Shown piece by piece: positions 44,886-45,728 of a stretch of 45,728 bases of DNA; the first letter of the stretch is position 1; each line of letters opens with the position of its first letter. The stretch lies in the NCBI GenBank assembly GCA_017390195.1, contig JAFPCR010000015.1, positions 1-45,728 on the forward strand, in the 5' to 3' direction. The notes under the pieces were generated by a model that worked only from the letters and a program-made list of their open reading frames with translations, had not been told where the DNA came from and did not search any database. Source of the stretch: Clostridia bacterium (GTDB lineage: Bacteria; Bacillota; Clostridia; Oscillospirales; CAG-272). The translations under genes were made by a program, and so were the position numbers.

Positions 44886-45728
44886 TTACTCAGCAAAGAA
44901 CTGATATATTGTAGTCGTGTTGTATTCCTCTCCGACATCAAGTACGACCGAGGGGAAATTGCTATGGTTTATACTGTCGGGATATGCCTGTGTTTCAAGA
45001 CAAACAGCACAGTTTGCAGTCTGCACACGTCCGCCCTTGAACGGATACATTACATTATCCATAAAGTTCGCCGTATATACCTGCATACCCGGTTGGTCTG
45101 TAATGACCTTCATTGCTCTGCCACTTGCGGGGTCGCAAAGGATAGCTTTACAATCGAGTATTCCTGCACGGTTGAGACAGAAGTTATGGTCGTAACCCGA
45201 ACCCTTCTTAATATCCTCGTTATCTGCAAAGAAATCCTGACCAATCGTTTTTGCAGCTCTGAAGTCAAAAGGTGTTCCTTCAACACTGATGAACTCTCCT
45301 GTCGGAACAAGAGTGTCATCGGTAGCTGTATATGTATCGGCATCGATCCAAAGCGTATGACCGAAAATGGGTCCTGCGGCATATCCTGCAAGATTGAAGT
45401 ATGCGTGATTAGTAAGGTTTACGACCGTCTTTTTGTCGGTCTTAGCAAAGTAATTTATCGAGAGTCCGTTATCCTTAGTCAGCTTGTATGTCACGGTAAC
45501 ATCAAGATTTCCGGGATAATTTTCCTCTCCGTCAGGTGAAAGATAGTGGCATATAAGCTCAGGTTCTTCAAAATCCTTGATCTCGCAATTCCAAAGCTTA
45601 GAATCAAAGCCTTCCTTTCCGCCGTGAAGATGGTTCGCACCCGAATTTATGCAGAGATCGTATTTCTTGCCGTCGAGGGTAAAATGCCCCTTTGCAATTC
45701 TGTTGCCGCATCTTCCGATGATCGCACC
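44886..45728 (-). CDS. galM: Aldose 1-epimerase (galactose mutarotase), C-terminal about 280 codons; 5' end lies beyond the window
   Basis: The frame stays open upstream of the ORF-track start (a GTG at 45494) to the window edge. That stretch reads GAIIGRCGNRIAKGHFTLDGKKYDLCINSGANHLHGGKEGFDSKLW..., followed by LTNHAYFNLAG, which are classic mutarotase motifs. Confidence 0.85.
   Translation of the reverse strand, partial: GAIIGRCGNRIAKGHFTLDGKKYDLCINSGANHLHGGKEGFDSKLWNCEIKDFEEPELICHYLSPDGEENYPGNLDVTVTYKLTKDNGLSINYFAKTDKKTVVNLTNHAYFNLAGYAAGPIFGHTLWIDADTYTATDDTLVPTGEFISVEGTPFDFRAAKTIGQDFFADNEDIKKGSGYDHNFCLNRAGILDCKAILCDPASGRAMKVITDQPGMQVYTANFMDNVMYPFKGGRVQTANCAVCLETQAYPDSINHSNFPSVVLDVGEEYNTTTIYQFFAE

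Noticed and set aside
1-45728. Scan for tRNA/rRNA genes, CRISPR arrays, IS or transposase genes, integrases, toxin-antitoxin pairs or defence systems.
   Set aside because: No spaced direct-repeat arrays or tRNA T-arm/acceptor signatures turned up. No ORFs have transposase, integrase, nuclease-helicase or other defence-type motifs. All intergenic gaps are 303 nt or shorter and are explained by promoters and terminators. This was checked by eye only.

Overview
This window is a chromosomal, mostly housekeeping segment from a low- to mid-GC Firmicute. It looks Clostridia/Oscillospiraceae-like, judged only from protein similarities and gene order. I support about 45 protein-coding genes and see no rRNA, tRNA, CRISPR array, IS element or phage/defence module. 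Left to right: ecfT(partial)-ecfA2-ecfA1, an rRNA-type methyltransferase and ruvC (minus). An LRR lipoprotein (plus) converges on lnt-rluA-upp (minus). Next come a long mtaB ORF, rpmB and a DUF6873-like gene (plus), then glgD-glgC (minus). A long minus-strand block follows: yebC-argS-recN-argR-nadK-tlyA-PAP2-ispA-xseB-xseA-tsaD-like-nusB, the classic Bacillus/Clostridium nusB..recN cluster with substitutions. A plus-strand envelope island holds an M23 peptidase, a membrane protein, an SGNH hydrolase and a DUF4358 lipoprotein, followed by ispE (minus). A plus-strand unit encodes an AI-2E permease, a PheA-like relic, a TIGR03905 protein and phosphoglucomutase. The remaining genes are on the minus strand: an XRE regulator with a cyclase, the hydCBA electron-bifurcating-type [FeFe] hydrogenase operon, gpsA, a mini P-loop protein, pgi, a DD-carboxypeptidase and galM (partial). 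Several near-consensus sigma-A promoters and Rho-independent terminators delimit these units. Four observations stand out. (1) MtaB carries an in-frame 398-aa C-terminal extension that reads as a degenerate relic of clostridial-type FGAM synthase (PurL). (2) HydA has non-canonical H-cluster motifs, TSCSPGW instead of TSCCPxW and IPC instead of MPC. (3) One gene encodes a truncated prephenate-dehydratase/ACT-like protein with altered catalytic motifs. (4) A perfect 25-nt palindrome abuts the -10 box of an XRE/TPR-like regulator gene. None of these is an obvious multi-gene novel system; they are domain-level oddities in an otherwise ordinary core region.
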